Positions 51,258 through 63,687 of a stretch of 64,000 bases of DNA are shown here, piece by piece (position 1 is the first letter of the stretch; the number at the start of each line of letters is the position of its first letter). Below the pieces are notes generated by a model. It was not told the origin of the DNA, did not search any database, and saw only the letters and a program-made list of their open reading frames with translations. The DNA is taken from NCBI GenBank assembly GCA_050575255.1, contig JBNZDD010013631.1, positions 935,989 to 999,988 on the forward strand, written 5' to 3'. The translations under genes and the position numbers were made by a program. The DNA comes from Harriotta raleighana. Its lineage: Eukaryota.

Positions 51258-51665
51258 CTACAATACCAACAATATTACATTTGTGTAGCGCCTTTCATGT
51301 CTAGAGGATGTCCCAAGGCGCTGGGCAGTCAGTGCTACTGAGCTGGGTTGGGATCAGTGAGGGTGGAGGGAAGGAAAGGGAAGTGGGTGACCGATGGCAT
51401 GGTCAAAGAGGAGGGTCTTGAGGTGGATTTGAAGGAAGCTAGGGAGGGGGGGGGCGAGGCGGAGGGACTGTGGGATGGAATTCTAAAGATTGGGGGGCAG
51501 AGAGACTGAAGCTTGCCTGCCGAAGGTGGGTGGGTCGGGGAATATGGAGCAGGCTGGAGCCCGCTGAGTGGAGGAAGCGGACATGTTGGTATGGAGATCA
51601 CGGAGGTAAGGTGGGACAAGGCCATGGAGGGCTTTAAACCTGAGCAAAACCATGAAGGGCTTTAA
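51258..51665 (-). mobile_element. L2 3' fragment
   Basis: FKALHGLVPPYLRDL on the minus strand; tail agcgcctttcatgtctagaggatgtcccaaggcgctg. Confidence 0.9.
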
Positions 51666-52319
51666 AGGTGAAACTGAAATCAGCAAACATTCCTCAAACA
51701 AGTATATTTGAAAATATAGAATGCAGTGTCTCATATGGCATATGAATGTCATATTTTGTGCATGAATCAACTAGTCATATTATTAAAACCCCACATTAAA
51801 ACCCTCCCCCAAAAATTGGTCACTCTCTACAATCAATTCGCTTTACAGTATATGCTATGAAGTGCTTTGAGACATCTCGAAGATGTGATAATTTATTGTT
51901 ATATGTTATACATTTATAAAGCGCCTTTCACATCGGGAGGACGTCCGAAAGAGCTGAAAAAAGTGTACATAGCATGAGAGAGAGAGAGAGACAGAAATCT
52001 GAAGCAATGTGTAGGCTGCTGAGCTATAGTGTAAGACCACTTTTATCTGCCGCAAAGCAGAACCCTAGCATTGTCATATCACCCATTGCTGGAATGAATG
52101 TCCCACAAAATCCAAATGGTGTGTTTTTTCAAAAAAGGGCCCTTCAGCATTGACTTCATTTCAAAGCAGTTCATCTAAAAAATAACAAGTGCTGACTAAT
52201 GCCTGGGTAGGTGTGGGGCTGGGGCTGGGGTGGAGAGCATGAGTTGCTGAGATGTTAAAAATGTTAAGTGAGTTTTCAATTCCCACAGTTTTAAAACAAC
52301 ACTTTTATTTTAAGGAAAA

Positions 52320-52566
52320 AATTTTGGGCAGGAAACCCCGAGAGAGTCTTCGGTATTAATGCTAGGGGATCTTTAACATCCATCTGAATAGGCTGATGAG
52401 AACCTCGCTTTAATGTCCAATCTAATGGATGGCATCCATAACAATGCAGCCACATCTCCCAACACTGGGATGGAGTGTGAGTTTAGGTTACGAGTTCAAA
52501 GTTGACAGGGCTTGACTCCACAACAGTCTGACTCGGGGGGAAAAAGTGAGACAATCAAGTTGACAC
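52320..52566 (-). mobile_element. Old DeuSINE-type fragment
   Basis: ggggatctttaacatccatctgaataggc...aatgcagc...gtctgactc...tgacac. Confidence 0.65.
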
Positions 52567-52683
52567 ATCGGGATTCCTGCGAGTCAAAGTGATTTGCAAG
52601 GCTTTGCAAAACTTGTTGTTTGGTTACTGGTGAAAGGTATCACATGCCTCAATTCTGAATCCATGTATATATAGTAATATAAT

Positions 52684-52953
52684 ATAATAATCCTTGCATT
52701 TGATTTTGCGCTTTTCACATCTTATCAACGTCTCAATGCGTCTCACAGAATATACTGTAAAGTGAATTGACTGTATATTTGTGGGCGAAACACGGCAGCC
52801 AATTCCTCACAGCAGTGTCCTCCACAAACAGTCGTGGGTTGAAAATGACCAATTTTATTATTGTGGTTTTTTTGGGGGGTGGGAGGGAGAATGGATTATT
52901 ATTAGGCGGTGTGTGTGGAGTAAGGAAATTTTGCCCAAGGTTTCGCCCTGACC
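52684..52953 (-). mobile_element. tRNA-derived SINE, short form, head missing
   Basis: Tail and body up to ttgcccaaggtttcgccctgacc. Confidence 0.92.
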
Positions 52954-53904
52954 AAGTGTTTCCGTCCCGGAATCCATTCATTTAAGCAACAAAAATAAAA
53001 TAAAGGAAAACTAATGCATTTAGGGGGAGAGAGAGAGAAAAACACACACACACTGTACTGGTTCAACGTGTTTCTGCCTTATTTTTCCTTCAGGTACAGT
53101 GTCAGCGTTCAGCTCCTTGGCTCGTCCTCCCTCCCTTACAGGCGTGATGCGAATGTTGTTGTTGATATGTAATGACACTTACACAATAGGATTAATGATT
53201 GTCGTAATAATACCAGAGCATTGTCGCTCACTAACCGGGAAGTGTTTAGCTGGAAGAGTTTTGCGCTGCAGATACAGTATTATTATTACATTCAATTATT
53301 TTCTTTGAAATGTGTTTCGTTGGGATTAACCTGAACATTTCGGTTTAATTTATGGGAGATTAAAAGAAAAATGTGTCTATCTTTAAAATTTAACCCACGT
53401 ACTGTATTTAACGCAAACTGATCAATCCAATTCGAATCGCAAGAGTTAGCAAAGCAAATGGGATAGCCCTCATTTAATGCATGTTTAATGCTTTTGACCA
53501 CATGATATTAAGTCACGTATATTCATATGGCCCATGTATTATTTTATAATTTGGGTCTAACTGTACGTTAGCAGAAGGAATGATGGCAGAGTCTTGTTTT
53601 GGCCTTTTGAAACCCACATACCTAACAATATCCCACTTTAATGAGACTAGACCTGGGCCACTGACAAATCCCATAATAAAATCTGTCTGAGCATGTTATG
53701 TAAATGTCACCTGCAGTGACAATCAGGAATGGAATGAAAGCAACTCATGAATGGCATTGATCGAGAACCGAGGCATTCTGGTTGAAATGGCATTTTTTTA
53801 ATTGAAGAGATAAGGAGGTTTACCTTGAAATTTTAAATTGTGAAATTGTTGAGTATGTGATACGTCACTTAACTTTCCCTGGGTAAAAGTTGGAGTCCCT
53901 TAGT

Positions 53905-54078
53905 TGGATTCCTGTAGCTCAGTGGTTTGAGCACTTGCCTTTACAAGCGAGGGACCTGGGTTCGATTCCCAACAGAGTGAAACTTTGGGTAACTTTCCTT
54001 ACTCCACACACCTGATAATAAAGCCTAAAATGTTTTTAAAATTTGGTCATTTCAATCCACGACTGTTTGTGGGACATT
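53905..54078 (+). mobile_element. tRNA-derived SINE, 5' half
   Basis: cctgtagctcagtggtttgagcac...ggttcgattccc...gactgtttgtgggaca. Confidence 0.9.
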
Positions 54079-54112
54079 GGTATAGCTTCTAATTCAGAGG
54101 CAAGAGTGCAGG

Positions 54113-54303
54113 CTATGGCATTACTGTATATTTTACTGCCTATTAAGTCTTTTTAATAATATAANGCACACATCGGATGAAAATTATGGCATGACTGTAT
54201 ATTTTACTGCCTATTAAGTCTTTTTAATAATATAAAATCAAATNTATGGCATTACTGTATATTTTACTGCCTATTAAGTCTTTTTAATAATATAAAATCA
54301 AAT
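54113..54303. repeat. Triplicated ~50-60-bp unit around two single Ns (artefact)
   Basis: tatggcattactgtatattttactgcctattaagtctttttaataatataa three times, n at 54165 and 54244. Confidence 0.9.
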
Positions 54304-54624
54304 AAAAAGTAATCCTTGTATTTCATATAGCACATTTTACGTCTTCTAGACGTCTCAAAGCGCTTCACTAACTATACCGTAAAGTGAATTGACTGTATAT
54401 TTGTGAGTGAAACGTGGCAACCAATTCGAAAAACAGTGTCCCACAAATAGTCTTGGATTGAGTGACCAAATTACTGTACGGTTGGATTATTTTTTTCTCT
54501 TCAGGGATTATTATCAGGCGTGTGGAGTAAGGAAACTTGCCCAGGGTTTCGCCTTGCTGGGAATCAAACCCAGGTTTCTCACTTGTGAGGCGAGTACTCT
54601 AACCACTGACCTACAGCACTCCAC
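54304..54624 (-). mobile_element. tRNA-derived SINE, short form, full length
   Basis: Tail, body, ggaaacttgcccaggg, ctctaaccactgacctacag. Confidence 0.93.
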
Positions 54625-54919
54625 TAATATAGGGGTGAAATTAGAGGCTTTTTATCGCACATTATAAAAGTGATCATTTCAATAGGTAAAGAAATACCAT
54701 TAGTTTATTAAGTTATATCAACATTCAACACTCAAGGATTTTTCACAAAGCCTGTTGTATTCTCAGAAAATCTTCAATGTGCTGCAATTGTGTTCGGAAC
54801 CATGACTCAAACTCGACCTTATCAGCTAATTGAACCCGCAGCGTTTGATTTGAATAGAAACCTATGTGAACTGTACATTGCAGATTGGGACAGGAATTAA
54901 TTGAACGGCCAGCGAAAAG

Positions 54920-55075
54920 CGTAGGGTTCAAAGACTGGATGTGTTGAGTTAGCTGTTCTCAGCCGAGGCCAGCAGTTAGACATTCTACAGTAATTGGATC
55001 TCAGGAATCACAGCGCAATAGAGGGGGTAAAACATTGCTTTCAGTTACTGCTCCATATCTAGTGTCTCTGTTGGG
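54920..55075 (+). mobile_element. Ancient SINE-like repeat (gagttagctg family)
   Basis: gggttcaaagactggatgtgttgagttagctgttctcagcc...ctacagtaattgg. Confidence 0.5.
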
Positions 55076-55149
55076 TAATTTACTTTAGGTGCGAATAAGT
55101 AGCTGAAAGAAAATTGGTAATTGGTTTAACACAAAGCAAGTTATTTTAG

Positions 55150-55510
55150 GAAAACAACAACAATATTATATTTCACGTCAGGAGGACGTCCCAAGGCGCT
55201 GGACAGATATTGATTCAGACCCGAGCTGAGGACAGCGTAGGTGGTGCGGTGGGGGGAAGAGTTTCTGATGGGACCATCGAAGACGAAAGTCTTGAGACGA
55301 GACTTGAAGAACATGTAAAAATAACAAAAAACAACAGTTACCACAATTTAACATTTATATAGTGCTTTCAATGTCATGGAGGACATCTCAAAGAACTGTG
55401 AACAGCTATCCAGGTCTGAGCTGAGTTGGGGGAGGAAGAAGGGTGATTGAAATCACAATCAAAGGGGCTAGGGGTGAAATTCAATTTGCAAAGTGGGGAG
55501 GGAGAGGACA
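55150..55510 (-). mobile_element. Two tandem L2 3' ends
   Basis: tttcacgtcaggaggacgtcccaaggcgctgg at about 55171, and an older copy starting near 55325. Confidence 0.85.
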
Positions 55511-55795
55511 TGATGGACAGAATTCACTCAGAAATTAAATGTTAGAGACTAGAGACACAATGGGACTAATGCTCCCTGTGCATGTGCAACATTTGAGTTT
55601 TGAGTATCCCAGTAAAACCTAACATCTAGTTTTAAGAGAAAAGACGGACCACTGGGGTTAGGGTGACAGTCATGTGTGAATAATATCTTAGAACACGTAA
55701 TACTTTTAGAAGGCGGAGAAAATGGGTCTGAGGAAATTTGGCTACTCCAAGATGAATAAGAGGAAGTCAGGAATGTCGGAAGAAAAAAATCAGAA

Positions 55796-56190
55796 GTGTC
55801 AGCCTGCCTGGCTCATTTGGTTTTACACTCGTCTTTGACTCAGAGGGTTGTGATTTTAAGCCACATTTCAGGACTACTTGAACTCACAGTCTAAGCTGGT
55901 ATAGTAATAGTAATATTGTTCAAAGTGCCATACTTCCGATGAAATCTTACTGTTCAGATGGATGGTGAGGCACTATTTGTCAAAGAGAAGGAAGAAGCTC
56001 CCACACAAAAAAATGTCATTCACTTTGTAGATGTTTAAGGGACATTTCTATGCATGAATTGGCTGTAGCATAAGTCTAGAAATACATAGACACTACACTA
56101 TCAGATACGATAAAATAAAATTCTCTGAAATGCCTTGAGACATCTTGGCAATGTTATAAGGTGGAATATCAAATGCAAAAATTATTATTA
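55796..56190 (+). mobile_element. Old DeuSINE-type SINE
   Basis: gtgtcagcc...ggctcatttgg...tgactcagagggttgtg...cagatggatg...ggcactattt...(att)n tail. Confidence 0.7.
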
Positions 56191-57761
56191 CATGAACAGA
56201 TTATATACCAAAGTGCATTATATGGCAGTGTCTGATTGATAAATTTTGCCTTCAAAAATAGTGTTAAAATTTACAATAAATCGCGTGAAACGCTTTGAGA
56301 TATCTTCTTGACTTGAAAGAGCTGAAAGATATATCAAATATGAGGATTATTATTATGATTTTTCTTAGCAAGTTGCATTGCAGACAAGTACAGTGACCTA
56401 TTTAAGATTTAACTTTAAAGAACATAACTTTGGTGAGAACAGTGTGCAGATAATAATAGTAATAATCATCATCATAATCATAAAGATATCTGTCAACAGA
56501 TTTAATGATTGGTTTAGATTAAGATGCAGGTCATGGAAAACGAAGTAATCCTGAAAATTGCTTAAAGTTGTTGTATTCAAATATCACATCTTCACATCTA
56601 TCCTGGTTCCCAGGATTGTAAAGGAATCAGCATTTCCAAATGTTTACTGAAATTATTTTTAAGTGTAGGTGAGTCATGTTGTACTTTAAAATGGTATTTA
56701 ACTTGCAAACAATGCACACAAAGGGGGATACTTAACCAGAAGACGTGGAATTCAATGCATTTACTGGTATGCTGGTAGGTAAGTGATGCAAATCTTGCAG
56801 GATAAGCATCAATGTATTCTTTAAATATACTGACATCTATTACACTGTGAATACTGAAGCACGGAGTTTACTTTGTGAATAAAAAAAGAAGGTAAAATTG
56901 CAGATCTCTCATTGTGATTGAAATAAACTTTGAACATTTTCCCTTCCAAGTTTCTCCTCCAATTTACTTTTCCTCATGGAGGCGTTTTCACTGCTTCTTC
57001 CTTCTATTGGGGTTTTTTTTTGTCCCGCCTTTGTTTTTCTACCTTTTATAGTCTTATTTTTCCAATTTTTAAAAAACATTTTGGTTTAGTTCCATTTAAA
57101 TGAATTTATAAATATATTACACTGCAAACAGTATTCCCTTCCATCATCCAAACACCACCCTTAATTTTTTTCTAATGAATTATTTATTAACTGGTGCTCA
57201 GCCAATACTATTAATCACTTTGGGTTGCCCTCCCAATGTGGAAAGTGCTATGTAAATTTGTATTGTATTTATTCATAAGTTCGGTTGTTGTTTGGGATGT
57301 TGTTGTTGACACACAATTGGCTTCTGCATTTTGCCCATATAACAATATTTAATACACTTCAAAGTGAGCTCTTTTTGTTAATTCCATTGAGAAATTTTGA
57401 AGCGATAACTCGTTCTATTTAATGCAAACCATTATTTATTATTTTCCTCCAGATCATAATCCCATTTTTTTCATTTTCATTGCTGATACCCACATTTCAT
57501 CTGCCTTGTGGTTCAGGTAAACATTACTATTTCAAAGAAAAGTTGTTCCAGGTAATCTTGGGCAATATCTTTCTCTCATCCCAATTCAATCCCCCAACCT
57601 TTAAGACTGAAGACAGCATATCTCATTGTTTTTGTGGAATCGGCGGTTTAATTTACATACTGACCAACATTCATTTGTTTGAAGTTATCCTTGTTTTTAT
57701 GACGACTTTTAAGATGTCAATCCTACACGAAAGGAGTTACAAATGCGAGTACAGTCAACCT

Positions 57762-57845
57762 AACTGTTCAACGCTTTGGGACGTCCTCCTAACTTGAAAG
57801 GCACTATACAAGTGTAATTTTGTTGTTGTTGTTGTTGTTGTTGTG
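57762..57845. mobile_element. L2 extreme 3' tail
   Basis: ctgttcaacgctttgggacgtcctcctaacttgaaaggcactatacaagtgtaattt(tgt)n, reading on the plus strand. Confidence 0.88.
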
Positions 57846-58014
57846 GCTGGCTTTCCTGTAACACTGATTAAATGATAATGCGGTAGGATTATTTAAGACA
57901 CATGGTGTACAACACTCTAAGTGGAAACTTGAACAAGTGAGAATAGAAGAATACTGAAGAGCTGTAGGTTCACTTGTATAAAATGGAATTGAAAGAGTGT
58001 ACCCAGAACAGTTC

Positions 58015-58376
58015 TTTAAGATTATAAGGAGATTCGACAGAGTAAAACAGGAAAAAACTGTTCCCACGTATCAGTGACTTGTGGTCACAGATTTTAAATA
58101 GCTTCAAAAAGAAGCAGAGGGGAGGGAGTTGAGGAGAAATGTTTTCACTCAGCGAGTTGTTCAAATCTGGAATGCATTGCCTGAAAAGGTGGTGGAGGCC
58201 GATTCAATAACAACTTTTAAAAGAGAGGTCGACGTTTATTTGGGGAGGACGGGTTTGCGCAATTATGGGGAGAGAGAGAGCTGGGGAGTGGGGTTGAATT
58301 GCTCTTTGCAAAAAGCCGACACAGACTCGATGGGCTAAACGGCCTCCTTTTGTGCCATAAGATTCTATGATTCTAT
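58015..58376 (+). mobile_element. CR1 3' end, (GATTCTAT)n tail
   Basis: RRNVFTQRVVQIWNALPEKVVEADSITTFKREVD; gatgggctaaacggcctcc; gattctatgattctat. Confidence 0.95.
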
Positions 58377-59026
58377 GGTAAATAATAATAATAATAATAA
58401 ATAATCCTTACATTTATATAGCGCTTTCCACATCTTGATAGACGCTTAGAGTTGGAAAGGCCAAATTCATGGCTCACATCAAGATGTTTTTCTGTATCCA
58501 AAGTGTAATAATTAACTGGAATTATTAGTATTAGGTGCAGGCTGGCAATTGACAATGTTTGAGGACCGCAGATTCTTCATTCGTTTAGTGCTGGAGTCTC
58601 ACCAGATAAAACAGCATTGCTTACCATTGATATCGCTGTCTGGCAAGCTTTCCCACTGCTTGTCCAAGTTAGGATTACTCTATCCTTTCGGAATTTGGCT
58701 TCCAGGGTTGACGGAGTTGAATGAGATGATTCCCTAGTGACCGGTCTGCCCTTCCAGGTCCTGCCATTAAGCCAGGCTCTCGTTGTTGCTTCGACTGTGG
58801 TCCTGAAATACTACAGACCCACCTGTTTTAGGAACTGGACTACCAAGACAGCCACAGAGGGCTGGCTTGATTCCAACATTCTGCTGCGAAACCTGTCACC
58901 TTGGGGCCAGTTCAGTTCCAAGAGGATCTTATTTACCTCCCCAACAGGAAATAAAGAAGTTTAGAGTTGCAAGGACTTCTAGAGTTCGCCAGGAAGGGTG
59001 GTTAGGTCTAATAAGACCTACAAGCC

Positions 59027-59266
59027 AGCTTCAAAGAGCTTCACAGAATATATTGTGAAGTGAATTGATTGTATACTGTGTGGGTGAAATGTGGCAGCCA
59101 ATTGCCCACAGCACTGTGTCCCACAAACAGTCGTGGATTAAAATGACCAATTTATGTATTTTTCTTGAGGGATTATTATCAGGCGTGTGGAGTAAGATAA
59201 CTGACCAGCCTGGAATTGAACCCAGGTCTCTCGCTTGCAAACAAGTGCTCTAAAACTGTGCTACAT
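59027..59266 (-). mobile_element. tRNA-derived SINE, short form
   Basis: Body and head match the family; extreme tail missing. Confidence 0.88.
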
Positions 59267-59374
59267 TGTGGTTTCCACTAGTGAAAACACACTCTTGACT
59301 CTCTTAAGAATGAGGTAAATGGGAACCCTCCAGAGCGAGAGCAAGTTACATTCCACACGCACAGAAATTTCCAT

Positions 59375-59721
59375 CTGTAGAGCATTTATATGTAGATGGC
59401 CTGTTCCAGGTCCCCCACCCGAAACACCCCTCTGGCCGGGCTTTCAGCCGCTCTGTCCCCACACTCTGAAACTCCATCCCGCAATTCCTTTGCCTCGCTT
59501 TTTCCCCTTCCTCCTTCAAGGTCAGTCTCAAGACCTTTCTCTTTGACCGTGTCTTCTGCTCCCCTCCTAACTCTCCCCCCTCACTCCTACTCTCCTTCTC
59601 CCTACCCGAACCCTCCACCCCACTGCTCGGGTCCCGACCTGACTGTTCAGCTCCTTGGGACGTCCTCCCGACGTGAAAGGCGTTCTATAAATGTAATTTT
59701 GTTCTAGTTGTTGTTGTTGTT
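59375..59721 (+). mobile_element. L2 3' end
   Basis: ccttgggacgtcctcccgacgtgaaaggcg...(gtt)n; close reverse-complement match to 10915-11250. Confidence 0.93.
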
Positions 59722-62419
59722 ATATGTGAGCCTGTCAGTCTGGTCTGGGAAAGTCTTAAGCATAGCTTAAGTCAGACAAGACAAATACCTGGTTGATCAA
59801 AAAAGCACACTCTGTAGCTGCAGAGGAAAATAAGATTTTTTTTTAATTAAAAAAAGCTTGAAAATAAATATTTCAGTTGACCCTTTGTGACCTTTGACTC
59901 AGATTAAAAACTGTTCAAAGGGAATGAGCTGAGTCAGAAACAATGTCTGTCTAAAGAGATTGAATTAAAGAATTGTTTCAAAATGAGGGGAGACTTTCCA
60001 ATATTTCATCAGGTCACCAGGATACACCTCAATTAATTTAAATACATTCGAAAGATTCATCATCATATTAACTCTTTGAAAATGACTTGAGTAAAATTTC
60101 CTCTTCATGTTGTGATTTGTGCAGTTCTGTGAAATATGCACCAGTCGCAGTGAGGAGAAATTCTGGGAAACTGGGATTATTAGATTATCTAAAGCGCATA
60201 AGAGAATTCTGCATCTGTAAAACTGCTTTACTTTGTAATATTTTGTCATATTTGCCATTAGATTATTGCTATTCCTTTACACTTGCATCAAGCCTCGTGA
60301 AAAAAAGATGCATTGCCTCTGTAATGGATCCGTAGTTAATTGTATTATTGCAGCTCACACGAAATTGATCATAAAATGTTTGATTTTTTTTGTACTTGGC
60401 CTCTTTATTAACACTGTGCGGGGCTGAAATTCCTCGGCTTTGAAGATTAAAGCATTTGCTGTGCTTAGGTCTGATGCTGGCTGTAAAAATGGGTCATATT
60501 TCAATTCGAGTTCAGAATTTAAAGAGGGAGTCTGCCAATGTAAAAGTTCTGAATGGATAGACACACAATGGAAGTGACACAGTCACTGAAGTATATGCAG
60601 TGTCAATGTGTCTGCCTCATGCTGTTGAATTCAGCAATTCAATCACACCATTTTTTTTGCAGCTCTGACAAGCATAATCAAAACATTAAATAAAGTGATG
60701 AAACAAAACACAGATTGTCAAGTTAATCACAATTTTTTGGGAGTAAGTCGGAACCTCGGAAGGTTTCAGAGGCGAGCTGAGAATCAGTAGACTTGACTGG
60801 AGAATTAAGGTTTTGGGGGTCTTTCACTTGAATTATCTAAAAAGAGGGAGCAAAAGCCACAATCATCTGAACAGCTCGGTTTCCCCCCCCCCCATCACCC
60901 TGAAAAGATTAATGGTGGGAGACACATCTGAGTGTCAAAACTAAACAGTAGTATATAAGATAAAGATGAACAAATATCAGGCAGTGAGTTTAAGGTAATT
61001 GGGAATTGCAGTTGTGTTCACAAAGTAATATATTATATGGAGCAAATACAAGCTTTACTGTTGCGGTTTATGGAACAGTGAGACCCACTCAGTCTTCTTT
61101 CCAGCTGTCCACTATCTCTTTTATCAAACTTTGCAGCTGATGATTACACCACTGTGCAGCGCATCGAAGAATAACAGGGAGAGGAAAATAACAGTCTGAA
61201 GGCTATAGTTATTTGGAGAGAATAAGTACAAACAGATAGACTATTTGTACTGGTAGCTGCTGTTCAGGGGACCCGCAGTGACATTAATTCAGATGGTGTT
61301 ATTAATCCATCAATAAACCTGCAAATCTGAAGTGCAGTATGCACACAAGCTTGGATGTATATTAAACCATTGTGCCCTAAAGCTTTCATCATCCTATGTG
61401 ATTGAACTGTGACCAAACTATCTAGTTCATAAAACCTTCTGCTGTAGGCAGCGTTGTGGCTGTCCAATCAGGCTACTTGTAAATACAAATAATCTAATTT
61501 AATTCAGCAAACATTTTCTCTAAATTCTTATCGACTTCTTTTCTGTTAGAAAGATTGCAACAAAGAGATGGTGTGTTTTTTTTTAGCTTGTCAGTGTAAA
61601 TAAAATCTCAAATCTAAGCAAGTTATACCTTTATTGGAGTGAGATGGGTAAAACTTCTAATAAAATCTTTACCGTTGGCATCGCGCATTTCCTGTTGGGA
61701 GGCAGCCTCTAAAGTGCTTCACAGGATATAATGTGAAGTGGAGTTACTGTGCGCATTGTGGGCGAATAGATTACAACAAACAGCAAAATTACCACTATGT
61801 TTAAGTAGTATAAGGGGAATATATCCCTCCTACAATTCCCATGTGGTATGCATGGAAATCTCAGTTTGGATATTCTTAAACATGGTTATGGGTTTCTGAT
61901 TATGTTCAGACACCTGGTACATATAGTCTTTCCTTGCTCGCTGTATACTTGATTGAAAGCAATGCTTGTTTGTGGCTGTGTGAGCCTGGAACACTTGGGT
62001 GAGGGGAGGGAAGGGTGAGAGGTGCGGAGAATGAGTGTCTCTTGGAGGAGAAAGAGACCGAAGATGTAGTCAAGAGAGTCAAGTACGCAACAGAGTAGGC
62101 TTTGAGTGCCTTGATGGGCTAAATTCTCATTGAATGCTCACTTATGCTGGCAGCAGGGTTTAACAAGTGGAGCTCGGGGAAAGCCAGCTCAAAGTGTTGC
62201 TGGCTTTAAACCCTGCAATACTGCTGTGTTGCTTTCAGTAGGAAAAATAATCCTTGTCCCAAATAAAAGGATTTACTATACCGGATTTTACCTTAGTGAA
62301 TTTTAGCAGGTTTTAGCATGTTTTATGCTGGCTGTGTATATTAAAAAAAAACGTTATCTGATCCTTTGATATTTCTTTTCATCCCCATGGCACTGCAAAC
62401 ATTGGCAAATATTCAGGTA

Positions 62420-62685
62420 AATCTTTCATAGTGAATGTTGGCAGGTGGATTTTGTGTCTAGAACTTCACAGCCAACCCAAATTCTCCTTACCATATCCAC
62501 ACAGCTGTATCTAGGCATCTGTCAGGGGAAGATACCAGGCTGATATTTCCCCTTATAAACCTAGTAGTAATTGCAACACTAATGCGTTTTTTTTAATCAA
62601 TACCACTGTTACTGGCACTATTACTGCCTTTGGGGGAGTGTGATCAGCTAACTGAGCTCAAACTAAGAATGGAATTAGAGCTATT
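62420..62685 (-). mobile_element. Ancient SINE-like repeat (gatcagctaact family)
   Basis: acagccaacccaaattctccttacc...ggctgatatttcccc...gatcagctaactgagc. Confidence 0.5.
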
Positions 62686-62899
62686 GTCACAAATAGAAAC
62701 AGCTTTGCCTTGCTGTGGGGCTGCCGCCTGCTTTGACAATTAAAAAATATTAATAGCCCTTGCATTTATGTACACAGTAAGAGGCTTTCATGTCAGAGTG
62801 TGCTGTCAAGTGACTGTAAATATTTTGTGGACGGACACGACACCAATTTTGCACACAGCAATGATGATAAACAAGCAATTTTATTGTTTAAACAAATAT

Positions 62900-63240
62900 T
62901 AGGCCTCGCATTTGATGTTATCAAGATGTCTCAGAGTGCTCCACATGATATTTTGAAAAGTGGATTGACTGTATACTTGTTTTGGTGAAACACGGCAGCC
63001 GATCGCACCCAGCAGACTCTGCAAATAGTTGTGGATTGAGTGAAACTCACAAAGGTGTGCGGAAATGTTGGCCATGATAGCAAGACAAATATCGTTGAAT
63101 AGTGATGAGGGTCCTTTAACACACACCTCAACTGGGGAAACAGGACCTTGGCTTGTCTTAACAATGGACACACCCATAGAAGTGAATTAGAGTGTCAGCC
63201 TCGATTGTGTGAGATTATAGTCCCAATGTGGAGTTTGTGT
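62900..63240 (-). mobile_element. Old DeuSINE-type SINE
   Basis: Tail followed by gttggccatgat...gaatagtgatgagggtcctttaacacacacctc...gtgtcagcctcgattgtgtg. Confidence 0.6.
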
Positions 63241-63244
63241 AGCT

Positions 63245-63645
63245 CAATAATAATAATAATAATCCTTGCATTTGATATAGCGCTTTTCATATCTTATCGA
63301 CGTCCCAAAGCACTTCACAGAATTCAATGGTTAGAGCACTCACCTCACAAGCTATGGGTTCAATTCCCAGCAGAGCGAAAGGTTGGGAAAGTTTTTTTAC
63401 TCCACATGCCTCTGTTTACCTAGCAGTAAGTAGGAACCCTGGTTGTTAGTCGATTGAAAGATCACTTTTCTGGGCGATAATAATCCTCAAAAAAAACTCA
63501 TACCACAACTGTTTGTGGGCCATTGTTGTGCGCAATTGGCTGTCGCATTTCACCCATAACTTTACCGTGTAATCTGTGAAGCAGCTTGCGACATCTAGAA
63601 GACATGAAAAGCGCTACATCAAATGCAAGGATTATTATTATTATT
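63245..63645. mobile_element. Inverted SINE tail (63245-63323, minus) abutting a long-form SINE (63324-63645, plus)
   Basis: Both ends carry family tails in opposite orientation; internal ctctgtttacctagcagtaagtagg segment. Confidence 0.9.
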
Positions 63646-63687
63646 GAACCCACAATCTGCTGACTGAGATGTGAGTGAGCTATCAAT

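Noticed and set aside
54113-54303. CRISPR-like or satellite array
   Set aside because: Three copies separated by single Ns with no regular spacers, in a vertebrate context; an assembly overlap artefact.
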